In this document: one piece after another, positions 25,613 to 38,760 of the stretch | Numbering within the stretch: the stretch's first letter is position 1 | Layout: every line of letters begins with the position of its first letter | Assembly (NCBI RefSeq): GCF_009914755.1 | Contig: NC_060926.1 | Length of the DNA: 64,000 bases | From: the human T2T-CHM13v2.0 reference genome, Homo sapiens | Reading direction: 5' to 3' (one strand) | Translations under genes and position numbers: made by a program | Notes under the pieces: model-generated | Told to the model about the DNA's origin: nothing | The model's database searches: none | Seen by the model: only the letters and a program-made list of their open reading frames with translations

Positions 25613-27594
25613 TTATTATTTTTATTGACACAAAATATAGCTACATATTTTCTGTGTACATGCAATAATTTATCCCATTCATATAATTTGTAAAGATCAA
25701 ATCAGTGTAATTGGGATATCCATCACCTTAAATATCTGTTCTTTATGCTTTTCTTTCTGATCACTTTGGTTAGTATGAACATTTTAACAATGTTTATGCT
25801 AGAAACAGTTATTCTCTTATCACTATTTTGAAATAGACCATAGATTATTGTACACTATAGCCACTCTACTAATTTATCACACACTAGGTCTTATTTCTTC
25901 TATCAAACTGCATATTTTTACCCATTAATCAACCTCTTTTTATCCCTCTCACCCCCTAGCCTTCCTGGCCTCTGGTAACAACCAATCTATTCCCTGTCTT
26001 CATTAGATCCACTTTTTCAGTTCCCACATATGAGTGAGAACATATGATGTTTGTTGATTGATTGTTTCCTTTTCTGTGCAGAAGCTTTTTAGCTTGATGT
26101 AACCAATTTGTCTATTTTTGCTTTGCTTGCCTGTGCTTTTGGGGTCTTTGCTCAGAAAGCAAAAAAATCTTTGCTCAGACAAATGTCCTTGAGGATTTCC
26201 TCAATGTTTTCTTCTAGTAGTTTCATAGTTTCAGATCTTAGATTTAAATTTTTAATCTATTTTGAATTTATTTTTGTATGTGGTAAGAAATAAAGGTCTA
26301 GTTTCATTCTTCTGCATTTGGTTATCTAGTTTACCAAGCACCATTTATTGATGACACTTTTCTTTCCCCATTGTATGTTCTTGGCACCTTTGTTGAAAAT
26401 GAGTTGTTTGCAAATGTGGGGATTTATATTTGGGTTCTCTATTCCGTTCTATTAGTCTATGCATCTGTTTGTATGTCAGTACCATTGCTTTGCAGTATAT
26501 TTTAAAGTCAGGTAGTGTGATGGCTTCAGGTTTGTTCTTTTTGCTCAAGATTGTTTTGGCTATTTGAAGTATTTTGTGGTTTCATACAAATTTTAGTATT
26601 TTTTTTTTTATTTCTCTGAAGAATGTCTTTGGTCTTTGATAGAACCTGCACTAAATCTGTGGATCCCTTTGGATAGCATGGACATTTTTACAATATTAAT
26701 TCTTCCAATTCATGAACATGAGCTATCTTCCCATTTATTAGTGTCCCTCTCGATTTTTTTCATTAATATTTTATAGTTTTAGAGATTTTTCATATCATTG
26801 GTTAAACTTATTTCTAGGTTTTTTTTTGTAGCTATTGTAAATGGGATTGCTTTTTTTATTTCTTTCTCAGATAGTTCACAGTGGCATATAGAAACTCTAC
26901 TGATTTTTGTATGTTGATTTTGTGTCCTGCAACTTTACTGAATCTGTTTTTAGTTCTAACAGTTTTTCAGTAGAGTCTAGGTTTTTCTAAGATCATGTTT
27001 TCTGTGAATAAGACTAGTCTGACTTTTTCCTTTCCATTTGGAATGTCCTTTTTTTCTTTATCTTGACTAATTACTCTGGCCAGGACTTCTAGTATTATGT
27101 TGAAAAAAATGTTGAAAGTGGGCATCCTTGTCTTGTTCCAGACCTTAGAGGAAAGGTTTTCAATGTTTCCCTGTTCAGTTTGCTGTTAGTTGTGGGTTTG
27201 TCATATGTAGCCTTTGTTATTTTGCAGTATGTTTCTTCTATATCCAATTTGTTGAGGGTTTTTATTAGAAAAATATGTTGAATTTTGTTGAATACTTTTT
27301 CATCATCTATTGAAATGATCAGGTGGTTTTTGTTCTTGGTTCTGTTAATGTGATGTATCACATTATTGATTTGCGTATGTTGAACTATTCTTGTATCCTG
27401 GGAAGAATCCCACTTGATCATGGTGAATCTTTTTAAATATGTTGTTGAATTTGGTTTGGTTAAGGATTTTTGCATCTGTGTTCATCAGGGATATTGGCCT
27501 GCAGTTTTCTTTTTTTGTGTGTGTGTGTCCTTTATTTCTCTTTCATATTGGAAGGATAGCTTTGCAGGTTACAACTATTCTTGGTAAGCAGTTT

Positions 27595-27633
<39 letters not shown>
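27595..27633. repeat. (TTG)13 microsatellite
   Basis: Uninterrupted TTG run. Confidence 0.97.
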
Positions 27634-27636
<3 letters not shown>

Positions 27637-27991
27637 CTTTCAGCCCTTCGAAAATGTCATCTCACTCCCTGATGGCCTGTATGGTTTCTGTTGAGAAGTC
27701 TGTTGCCAGAAGAATTGGAGCTCCTGTATATGTTATTTGATTCTTTTCTCTTGCTGCTTTTAGGGGTCTCTCTTTGTCCTTGACCTTTGAGAGTTCGATT
27801 ATTATATGCCTTGGGGTAGTTTATTTGGGTTATACCTGTTTGGTGTTCTCTGATCTTCCTGTATCTGGATATTTATCTTTTCCTCAAGTTTTGGAAAGTT
27901 TTCTATTATTATTTCTTTGAGTAAGTTTTCTATTCCTTGCTCTTGCTCAATTCCCTCTTGAACACTAGTAATCCTTAGATTTGGTCTTTTG

Positions 27992-28298
27992 AGCCAGGCA
28001 CGGTGGCTCATGCCTGTAATCCCAGCACTTTGGGAGGCCGAGGGAGGTGGATCATGAGGTCAGGAGTTCAAAATCAGCTTGAACAACATGGTGAAACCCC
28101 GTCTCTACTAAATATGCAAAAATTAGCTGGGCAAGGTGGCGCATGCCTGTAATCCCAGCTACTCAGGAGGCTGAGGCAGGAGAATCACTTAAACCCAGGA
28201 GGGGGAGGTTGCAGTGCAGTGAGCCGAGATTGTACCACTGCACTCCAGCCTGGGCGACAGAGTGAGACTCCATCTCAAAAAAAAAAAAAAAAAAAAAA
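27992..28298 (+). mobile_element. AluS inside L1 ORF1
   Basis: TSD AGATTTGGTCTTTTGAG on both sides; long A tail. Confidence 0.95.
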
Positions 28299-28509
28299 GA
28301 GATTTGGTCTTTTGAGGTAGTTTTGTATATTTTGTAGGTGACCTGTATTTCTTTTCATTCTTTTTTTTCTCCTCATTTCTCCTCTGTGTATTTTCAAATA
28401 GCCTGTCTTTGAGCTCATTGATTCTTACTTCTGCTTAATCCATTCTGCTGTTGAGAGCCTCTAATGAATTTTTCAGTTCAGTAAACGTATTTCTGTTTCA
28501 AGATTTGTG

Positions 28510-28830
28510 ATTTTTTATACTTTATTTTATTTTATTTTTAAATTTTGAGACAGAGTCTCACTCTGTTGCCCAGGCTGTAGTGCAGCAGTGCAATCTTGGC
28601 TCATTGCAATCTCCGCCTTCTAGGTTCAAGCAATTCTCATGCCTTAGCCAACTGAATAACTGGGATTACAGGCATGCGTCACCATGCCCAGCTAATTTTT
28701 GTATTTTTAGTAGAGATGGGGTTTCACCATGTTGGCCAGGCTGGTCTCAAACTCCTGGCTTCAAGTGATCCTTCTGCCTCGGCCTCCCAAACTGCTGGGA
28801 TTACAGGTGTGAGCCACTGCACCCAGCCGC
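28510..28830 (-). mobile_element. AluS inside L1 ORF1
   Basis: Reverse Alu; TSD CAAGATTTGTG. Confidence 0.92.
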
Positions 28831-30214
28831 AAGATTTGTGTTTTAAAAAACTGCTTCAATATCTTTGTTAAATTTCTCTGACAAATTTTGGAATTGCTTT
28901 TCCATGTTATCTTGGAAATTACTGAGTTTCCTTAAAACTGCCATTTTGAATTCTTGGTCAGAGAGTTTATATATCACCATCTTGTTAGGGTCAGTTACTG
29001 GTTCCTTGCTTTGTTCATTTGAGGCAGTCATAGCACTCTACTGGCTGCCGTTTCTTGTGGATGTATGTCTATGTTTTTGCATTGAAGGATTAGTTATTCC
29101 AGTCTTCTTTGTCTGGCTTGTTTTGGTTTTTATTGGGTATGTTTGCTTAGAGATTCTTTGTAATTTATCAGTTGATTTTCTTTCTTATGTTCCACTGCTA
29201 GGTTGCTGCCTCCTTTTTGGCACTAAATGGTGCCTTAAGCCCGGGTTTGCCCTGGTTCTATTAAACAACCAGAGTACCACCAGTACTGAATGGGGTAGGT
29301 CTCAAGGGGGAATATCCTGGTAATATCGAAAGGCTGGTTAAGAGTTTATGCCCAAGGATATGTGGAACAAACCTACAGTGTGGTGCTGCTCTAATTTGGT
29401 GTCTTCTTTGGCTGAGAGCAGTTTTCACAGCTGGAGATGGTAGTCCTGCCTCCTCAGTTTCCTTAGGGTGATTTCTCCTTTCAAGCACTCCCAGTGCATC
29501 CTGTGGTTTGAGGCAGGGACAGGTCTCCTGACAGAGAACCAAGAGGGTGGGCAAGCTGGTTGTCCACCCCAACTCACTTTTTCCAGTGTAGAAACCATGC
29601 GTCAGGGGAAATTTTCTATGCATTTTGTGCTAGGCAGACTGGGGAAAGGGGTGTCACAGATATGGAAGTCCAAGTCTCTTACCATCTGCTTGGAGTTTTT
29701 TTCGCTTCTCTGAGGCCAGGAGAACTTTCTCATCTTCATATTTGAGTTATAATTTATTGCTAGTGATAATCTCAGCACTGTATATTTGATCTTGGTTTTC
29801 TTTGGGGTGAGTGAAGCCAGCTTGTTTCTACACCAGCTTGTTTCTACACTCGTTTCTGGTTCTGCCATTTCAGAACCAGAAGTCTCCACAATTTTAAATA
29901 GAGTGGTCTGTCTGGGTAGACTTTATTGGGAAGAAGACATGACAAAGAGAAAACTTGAGCAAAGATTTGGCCTTAAATGTGAATAGGCTTGGCATACTTG
30001 AGGAATGTTCAGAGACCAGTGTGGCTGGACCGAGGGAGAGAGGGTGAAAAAAGTGAGAAAGTTGAAATTGTTTGCTGTTGGAAGGAGAAAATTAGAAGCA
30101 AGGAGGGTTTGGGCAGAAGATTGCCTTTCATAAGTCATGTATGATCATTTCCTTTTTCAATTGTGGACATGTTAACTTTTGTAAAAATAGAGCTTAAACT
30201 TAAAAATTATAAAT

Positions 30215-30480
30215 CACAAAATGCAATGTGATTTCCTGAATTGGAACAGAAAAAGAATGTTAGTGGAAAAACTGGTGAAATCTGAATAAAGGCTAGTTAA
30301 TCATAATGTACCCTTTTTTTTTTTTTTTTTTTTTTTAGTTTTAGCAAGTGTACCATGTAATATAAGATGGTAACATTAGGGGAAACTAGGTGAGGGGTAT
30401 ATGATAATTCTCTGTATTATCTTTGCAACTTTTCTGTAATTTTTCTAAAATTATTCCAAAATAAGTTTATTTTTAAAAAG
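30215..30480 (+). mobile_element. L1M 3'UTR fragment containing a T23 tract
   Basis: 'aatgcaatgtg...ttggaacagaaaaag...gtggaaaaactggtgaaatctgaataaag...tctttgcaacttttctgta'. Confidence 0.7.
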
Positions 30481-31130
30481 CCTTTAAAACAAACAAAAAA
30501 TTGAATCAGCTGATAAAATGCTGCCTTTTCCCTTTCCCCAATTCCAAGCCTTGTACTCTTACCTGGGTTTTAGCAGTTGGTCATTATTAGGTAGGAAGAT
30601 GTGATTTACCTATGGACCCGGGCTGATCTCCAGATGGAAGGAAAAAGGCCAGCAGGGAAGGCTCTGTATATCATATCTGTGGAGCATCCAGCTCACAGCT
30701 TCTTGGTGGGTGACATTCAGAAGCTGAGAAGCAGAAACCAAAACAGAGGCATTTATGCAGGGGAAAAACAAAACCAAAAACAAAACATTAATGTGTAATT
30801 CCCATAAGTTCTTAAGAAAGCAGAGTAACAAATATATCTTTGCAGGACTTTATTTCTTAATCTCTGTCTCTAGAACTCTGTAGTTATTTCTAATAATGAG
30901 TAGTTTCAAAGTAGAAATAATCCCAGATCCTTGATCGAATAGCTTTTTTCCTCTCTGCAGAGCTTCCTAAATATTTTTGGTGGGGGTGCCTGTTCAGGTG
31001 CTTCTGCAGTTGATGCTGAAATATTTCCTTATGTCAATGCTTTCCATGTATAATTTTACATGCTTCAATGTATGAATTACTAGAAATGTGCCTTAAAAAG
31101 TTTTACATAATTATTTAGTATGGAGCTAGC

Positions 31131-31155
31131 AAAAAAAAAAAAAAAAAAAAAAAAA
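31131..31155. repeat. A25 mononucleotide tract
   Basis: Pure poly(A) with no adjacent Alu/L1 body. Confidence 0.95.
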
Positions 31156-32008
31156 GGTGGCGGGGCGGGGAGAAGAAAAAAAAATAATGAAGAAAAAGCT
31201 TAATTTTTGGTAACTATTGCCTCCTACTCCCTCCCTGGCAAGTCTTTTTTTGAGTTTTGAGGAAATCCTTTTCTGCTCATGCTTTTTCCACATATTCTAC
31301 CTTCATCCTCAATTCTTCTCCCTTCTCTATTGTTTAAGTTCTTGGGATTAAAATCCAGGAAGGAAAGTATTTTGCATATTATTTTTATATTTTGCCCCAT
31401 GACATACCTCCTCTGAGATGGAGTAGGCTACTCCTTAAACTGGGGTGAAAGAAGAAGGGAAAAAGAAAATGAGAGAAAGAGAGAGAGAGAAAAAAAGGAC
31501 ATTTCAGCATATTATCCAGCCACATTCAGTCCACTTTTCTTGCATCTAGGAGTCTGCCCGATGTATTTTCTGGGATTGTTAGCAGTTAGGGGATGAACAG
31601 TGAGCACTCTGGAGTTTGTTTTGATTTTATTTGTGTTCTTCACGCCTTTTAAAAAATCACATAAGAAATAAATTTATTGCAGAAAACAAAAAAAAGTGAT
31701 AGAAAAAATGTTAAAATAAATTGAAAATCACCTTTAATCTCAGAAATACAGAAACACTTATCCTCGTCCAAAATATCACCAACCACTCAGTGCCAGAAAC
31801 CAACACACGTAGAGAAATAGAAACAAGGGGTGAAGCCCTGAGCGTGTGACCCTGCGGCTGCAGAAGCTTCTGAGACCCAGCTGCCTGTTCTTCTTTTGGC
31901 TTTGTGGTTTCGTGTTTTGCCCATCACATTAATTTTCTGTATTGAATGACACTCTTTTGGTTGTGGCAGAAACCCAAGTTGAATTTATTTATAAAAAAAT
32001 AAATAGAA

Positions 32009-32352
<344 letters not shown>

Positions 32353-34519
32353 TCAGATTGCATAAGTTTGAATACCAACTCCATGTGGTCTTTGGCATAT
32401 TACTTAACCTCTAAAAGCCTCTGTTTTCTCATCTGGAAAAGGGTACCCATGTTCTCTGGAGATTGTTATGGGAATTGAATAAGATAAGAAATGGGCCTAG
32501 CACATGTTAATCACTTAATACATGGTGCTAGTCTAGCAGTAATTGAATAGTATGTGGTCACCCGAGTGGAGGAAGTTGTGTTGTTAGCATGTTATTCCTA
32601 GAGGAAGTTGGAAGGCAGGTAACAGAGGGAGTGAGGCAGGCCTTTTCTTTCTCACATGTGCACGCCCGTGAACTCCACCATGACCTGCTGTAAGAATTGC
32701 TGGTGTAGACAGCCATGCTGCTAATATCCTCCTCCACCATGAATACCCCCAGGGAGCACAAGAGGCCCTGACTGACTATCTCTTGACTAATGGTCAGGCC
32801 ACGGTAGCCAGAGTCCAGGAAAATCTCAAACTTCATCAGTAATGAGGGGAGATTTTGCCACAGGTTATCTGAGGGAGCCAAGAGCTCTGCAGTTTGAGAT
32901 AGTGGTTTCAGATCTGTGGAGTCACAAAAAGTCATGTAAGATACCTCTGAGAATTTAGGTTTGTTCATTCTACTGAGGGTAGAACTGCACATTGTATTTA
33001 TGTCCTGAGCCCATCTTTTTGTCTTTTTTTTTTTCCAAATCAAATCAACTTTGAGGGGGATATTTAGCATCTAGTTAAAACAGCTTATGAAAAACCAGCC
33101 AAAGTCTGGTAAAAAAAACCTCTTTGGAAATGACGACCATAATCTCTGGTTTGTAGATCTTTACTGCTCTTACTAAATGTTCAAAGAGTTTTCTGGGTTT
33201 TTTGTTTGTTTGTTTGTTTTTTAGAGATTAGTATGCACACATGAATTAGGAAGTATTCCTAAAATCAGGAAGCAGGAAGAAAGCAGGATTGAGCAGAGGG
33301 AGAACTTGGCTATGATGTTGTTACAACGCCCTCAATGGATCCTATAGAGAGTGATGAAGCTAGACGTGACTTTCAGAGTTGTGCAGAGCTGGGGTGAGAA
33401 GGCCAGGCCTCAACCCCTCCCACCCCAACCCCCACACTACCTAACTGGATGGACATTAGATGTGATGTTCAAAGGATCTTAATGGAATAGTTGTTGAAAC
33501 AGATCTGAGATGCAGTAAATTTTGGTCTGCAGAATCAAGTCAGCATTACCTCAATCAGAATTTGTGATGAACATATACAAATACATCTGGCTTGAGACAG
33601 CCTAGTTTGAAAATATACACAGGCTCAGAAGGGACACGCTGTTTCTCACCAAGTCCTAGGTTAGGCAATGCCACTGTAAGGTGATTGCTCCTCCTAGGCA
33701 CCAGGCCTGTAGCCCAGGTAAAGCTGCTACTTGTGTGAATAGTGGAGGCTGGCTTTTGGACTTATGATCCAAGCAGACAGGTTTTTCCTAAGTATGGTTA
33801 ACTGAGTCATAAACTATCACATCCTGTATAACCCATTTGTGTTTTTTTCTGACTAAAATAAAACTCTCCATTAAAACTGAACAGCAATTAAACGATTTCT
33901 AATCTCCACTTTACACACAAGGCAACCTGCAATTTATAATAAGATTTGAAGACACAGAAACATCTCTTAGTTTCCCACCTCCCCACCGCCCCCGCCACTG
34001 ATCTGCTTCAATAGCTGGAAATCTTTGTTTAATCTGACTCCAGGTCTTTCTTTGTGTTTGAGAAAACATTCAGACTGCATCTTCTGTGGCTTCTCTATGT
34101 CCCAGCTGCAACTTCAAGAACCCTGATCAGTGCGATCAAAGTTGTAATTTAAAGCTTTTGGGAAGCCCAGGCTTTCTCTGTATTAGACAGTTATCAGTCC
34201 TCATTATCAAACCACTCATCCCCTTTGTTGCTCTATATAATAGAAAAAGCAGCTTCCTGCTCCCAGTGACTTGGCAAAAAATTGAATAAGAGAGAGAGAT
34301 TATGGCCATGGCAGGTGTGCACAGCAGGGTCCTTCCCAAACCCCCTCTCCTCCGAGCCTTCTCTAATCAGAAGGAGTCATTGGTTTCCCTTTTCAAAGGA
34401 GCCTGTCTACTTGGCCTCATCCCAGGGTCGAGAGTAGCTCAATGATTAAATTCAGTGACAGAATGTAGCAGCTCTTCCTGCTGGAACCTTTCCAGACTAC
34501 TTCCACCACAGCCATTAAT

Positions 34520-36100
34520 TTCTTGAAATTAATTTTTCCTTTTATCTAAGCAGTACACACATATCTTTAAAAGTTAATGACAGAAGTCTCCTATGAAAAA
34601 ACAGCAGTCTCCTGCCCCATCCACTCCTTTATTCTTATTAAGTTTTTTTCTTTGCCGTTTATCTCTATTTTTATTCTATTTGATATGTGCGTATCATTGG
34701 TTTGAGGCATCAATTTTAAACTTTATCTTTTGGCTTTCTCATGAACTACAAGAGATATAACTTTCTTTCTGTTCTGATTTCAGATTTATATTTTTTATAT
34801 ATTATTTCATTATATTATTTTATATTATAAAATGTTATATTATTATGACTATGTAAATATTGTTTATTGCAGAGCAAAGGAGTATATTATAATGTTTTAT
34901 TTTTATACATTTTTGGATATTCCTAGGGTTAATAATTGCCTTTCCATCCATTTGCTTAAATTACTTGTTTCCTTTGGGTAGTATCTGAACATGATTATTC
35001 CCATTGTTAAATAACTTACCAGATAACTTTCCTGACTCCATCCTCTTGCTTCAGGCTGACTTGTTGCTCTTGGAAACAGCTGTGCAGCGTGGCTCTAGGC
35101 CTTCCCTTCATCAACCTGGAAATCCCTTTTGACTCTTATTTGTGTTTGATCTCATTTCCTGGATCCTAAGTCTTTCTTTTTTTTTGATTTATTGACCCTC
35201 TCATTTTCATGGAACATGTTCTTAAATAACTATTCCTGAGAAAGAGTCCGTGGAAGCAAAGTTTTCTGAGATCTTTCAAGCCTGTATTTTTCCTTTGTCC
35301 TCATGCCTGACTGATAATTTGGCTGGGTATAGAATTTTAGACTGAAAATAATTTTTTTCCTTTCAGAACCTGGAAAGCAGTGCTTTATGTTTTCTAGCTT
35401 TTTCTGTTACGGTTAAGAAGTGGCCATTCTTATTCTTAGTTATTTGGATGTAATTTTTTTTCTCTTTAGAAACTTCTGTTCCTCCTTGGTGTTCTAAAAT
35501 ATGATCATGGCAGAAGTTATATTCTTTTTCTGGTACCTGATGGGCTCTTTTAATCTTTTTGTTTGAAGCATTTTTAAAAATTATTATTTGTTTGATAAAT
35601 TTCTTCTCTCTCAAGTTTTTGTTTGCTCTTTCTAGAATTCTTATTACTTGAATATTGGACTCCCTGAATTGATCCTCTAATTTTCTGGCTCATTTTCTTT
35701 CCCTATTGTTTACCTCCTAGTTATTTTGTTTTGTTTTTGGGGAGACTCCCTTGAATTTACCTTCCACCCTCCCTATTGACTTTTTTTTTGACTGTGGCTA
35801 TCATATTTAATTTCCAACTTCTCTGATAGGTTTCCTGTTTCTCCTCCTCCTCCTTCTATAGCATCCTCTTCTTGCTATTATCTCTCCAAAGAATACATAC
35901 AGTTTTTCCTCTAAAGTTGTTTTTCTTCTTGTTCTTTTCTTCAAGTCCCTTTTCTCTGTCTGTTCTGGCCTTTGTTTTTCACCTTGGGGGTCTTTTTCAG
36001 ATGTCTATGGATCCTTAACCATTCATTAATATTTGAGTCAATCACTAAGAATCTGATGTGGGCTCTATGGGCAGGGGTAGGGCTTGCTTCTGGTGATCTC
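34520..36100 (-). mobile_element. Degraded L1ME-like element
   Basis: 'gataatttggctgggtatagaattttag', 'atattggactccctgaattgatcctctaatttt' (antisense ORF1-like); mirrors the 23.0-24.2 kb element. Confidence 0.6.
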
Positions 36101-36270
36101 CTTTGTAGGACCGTGGTTCTCAGTAGGGGCAGCTCCTGGGCAGTTTGGAAAGTTGTGAGGATTTTTAGTTATCACAGTTATTGGGGGGCCTACTAACATT
36201 TAATATGTGGGGGACAAGAATGCTAGTTGGATTGCAGGACAGTTCCACAAAACAAAGATTGTCCTGTATC

Positions 36271-36394
36271 TAGGGCTGCCACCTAAAATAAAGGACACTC
36301 AGTTAAAATCGAATTTTGGATAAACAACAAATACATTTTTTTGTATTAGTATGTCTCAAATATTATATGTTTATGGGCCAAATCTGGCAACCCT
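36271..36394. mobile_element. MER53-like MITE, internally deleted
   Basis: Terminal inverted repeats AGGGCTGCCA...TGGCAACCCT; 'cagttaaaatcgaattttggataaacaac'. Confidence 0.7.
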
Positions 36395-37153
36395 GTCTGT
36401 GTCCTATTCTATGTCCTACTGCACAGTTATGTGGGTGAAAAGCTCTTTATAATGATTTGATTCTTGATATCAGCTCTGCTTTATATATAAATACAAATAC
36501 TTTTTTCACATGGATTTAACATACCCTGTGATTTTTTAAAATGCAGCTACTATGTAAATTGAGAGGAGACTGGACTTTGTTTTGTTTAGAACTTAACCAA
36601 GGGTTGTCACCATTTAGAAAAACATGTCAATGGCAACAGCACTGCTCATGATCAAATATGCAGATAATTTTTACAATTGCAAAAATTAGGTTTGCAATTG
36701 TCCCTCTTACCCAGAGGGGTTCCAATGCACTAACTTAGATCTTATTTCAAGATGGCAAATATAAGAAATATGACAAAATAAAATGAACAATGGTATCAAC
36801 AATATTCAGTTGAATATGGTCTAACTTCTTTTAAGGTTGGACTGTTCATTGTAAAAAATGAAAGCATCTAACTGTTTCATTATGTCTCCCAGGTATGCTG
36901 CCCATGTGCCTACTTAGTAAACCATCTTGGGCCGTGAACTACTTTCCTTTTTTTTCTCCTTCGTAAGGACATTATAATTTAAAGAAAATAATGTGTAGGT
37001 TGATTATTTTAACTATGAATTTAATTTCACATAGTAAAAGAGGTATTTCAATATTTTTGCTTTAAAAAGAAAGTTGAAGGTACCTGCAACATGGTCAAAT
37101 CTCAAAATATAATTATGCTGACTGAAAGAAGCCAGACAAAAAGAGGACATATT

Positions 37154-37470
37154 GGCTGGGCCTGGTGGCTCATGCCTGTAATTCCGGCACTTTGGGAGGG
37201 TGAGGCAGGCAGATCAGCTGACCTGATGATCAAGCCTGACCTCCTGGCTTGAGGTCAGGAGTTCAAGACCAGCCTAGCCAACAGGGCAAAACTATGTCTC
37301 TTCTAAAAATACAAAAATTAGCCGGGTGTGGTGGTGGGTGCCTGTAATTCCAGTTACTTGGAAGGCTGAGCCAGCAGAATTGCTTGAACGTGGGAGGTGA
37401 GGGCTGCAGTGGAGCAGAGATTATGCCACTGTACTGCAGCCTGGGTGACAGTGGGAGACCCCATCTCAAA
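37154..37470 (+). mobile_element. AluS with a ~32-bp internal insertion and no poly(A) tail
   Basis: Alu body with extra 'gctgacctgatgatcaagcctgacctcctggc' before GAGGTCAGG; ends 'ccatctcaaa'. Confidence 0.9.
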
Positions 37471-38584
37471 TGTCATATAATTCAATTTTTATAAAATTCT
37501 CGAAAATGTAAGCTAACCCTATAGTGACCAAAAGATCAGTGATTGCCTGGGAATGGAAACTGGGACAGAGAATGGCAATGAATGGCACAAGGAAACTTCT
37601 GGGGAATGGCTGTGTTTTTAAATCTTGATTTTGGTGATCATTTCATGAGTGCATGCATATGTCAAAAATTTCCAAATTGCACATCTTAATCATGAGCACT
37701 TTACTGAATATCAATTATACCTCAATAAAGCTGTTAAAAAACAACAACAAAAAAGAAGGTGTTGAGTCTGATAGGGTTGAGGCCAACTGCTACAGTACAT
37801 TTGTGCAATGACAGGATTTTTGCACTGAGACACTTCCAAATGTCAGTATCTGTAGGATCTGTATGGCTTTCTTCCAGTATGATTCAATTTTCCAGATTAA
37901 GATTCTCTAGTCTCTTTGCTGGAGGATATGAACCTGATTGCCAGCATTCTTGGAAATAAGCAGGGGAAGGGTGAGGGGGTCTAACCATTCAGTGTGCAGG
38001 CTTTTACTTTCTTCTCTATTTTCAAGCCATCCCCTCACCCTCCCTTCCCCTCTTCCTGCTGTCCCCAGTCCAGTGCTTCTCTCACTACTGTTAATATTTA
38101 TAGCTTCCCTTCCCCTAGAATACAGGCTTTAAACATGTTTGAATAGGACAATTATAAAAATAAAAGATTTGTTTGCAATCATTTATCTAGATGAACCCTT
38201 GGATGACAGAATCATTTGGTTATTAAGTGAAACCAGGACAGACATTTGGGGAAGGGGATGGCATTTTAACCTTTTGTGGAGCCATTCCCCATCAGACAAT
38301 CCTTTGCTGCCACTGCCAGAGATAACACCAGGTAGGATGTGGCAATCCAGATCTTTTCATCTGGATGTCAGCAACAGCAAGGCAGGGGCCTGGACAGGAT
38401 TCAGGTCACACAGTGTCTAGCTGGCTGGTGGAGCTTTGAGGTCTTTATAGAGAAGCTCTGCACTGAGATTATCATGAAGCCTGTGAGTGTTGGGGGTCAG
38501 CCTGAAGGCAGCATTCTCTGAGTGCTTCCAGCGGGAACTCCCTGTCGTTCGTGAAGGCAGCCGTGCTTCTAACACTGGAGTAGC

Positions 38585-38760
38585 AGCTACCACTTGTGAG
38601 CACTTACTGCATGCCAGGCACTGTGACAGGCACCTCTGACAAATTATTTCAATGATTTCACAACAGCACTACTGTTTTTATCCCCATTTCACAGATGAGG
38701 TGACTGAGACTCAAATAGATGCTCAAAGTCACTGAGCTAGGAAGTGTCAGACACAACCAC
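38585..38760 (-). mobile_element. MIR SINE
   Basis: 'gagcacttactgcatgccaggcactgtg...atccccatttcacagatgagg'. Confidence 0.75.

Larger units (their letters stand above)
25613..29886 (-). mobile_element. L1MA-type LINE-1 with 5' and 3' ends present and two large internal deletions
   Basis: ORF 27095-27475 gives RT-region peptide [17 protein letters not shown]...[14 protein letters not shown]; ORF 26345-26548 gives ITLPDFKIYCKA; ORF 27802-28011 gives ORF1p-like RPNLRI...EIIIENFPKL...IQIQEDQRTP; 3'UTR 'gatcaaatcagtgtaattgggatatccatcacctt'; 5' end revcomp GAGACTTCTGGTTCTGAAATGGC. Confidence 0.9.
36111..37790. mobile_element. MER20B-like hAT-Charlie fossil with nested MER53, L1M 3' fragment (~37080-37740) and Alu
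   Basis: Termini 'ccgtggttctcag' and 'gtgttgagtctgatagggttgaggccaactg'; MER20-like 'gggggcctactaacattta...gcaggacagttccacaaaacaaagattgtcc'. Confidence 0.6.

Noticed and set aside
32558-33070. 170-aa minus-strand ORF in non-repeat sequence
   Set aside because: No recognisable homology, crosses an A-run, and has no convincing promoter or splice context.
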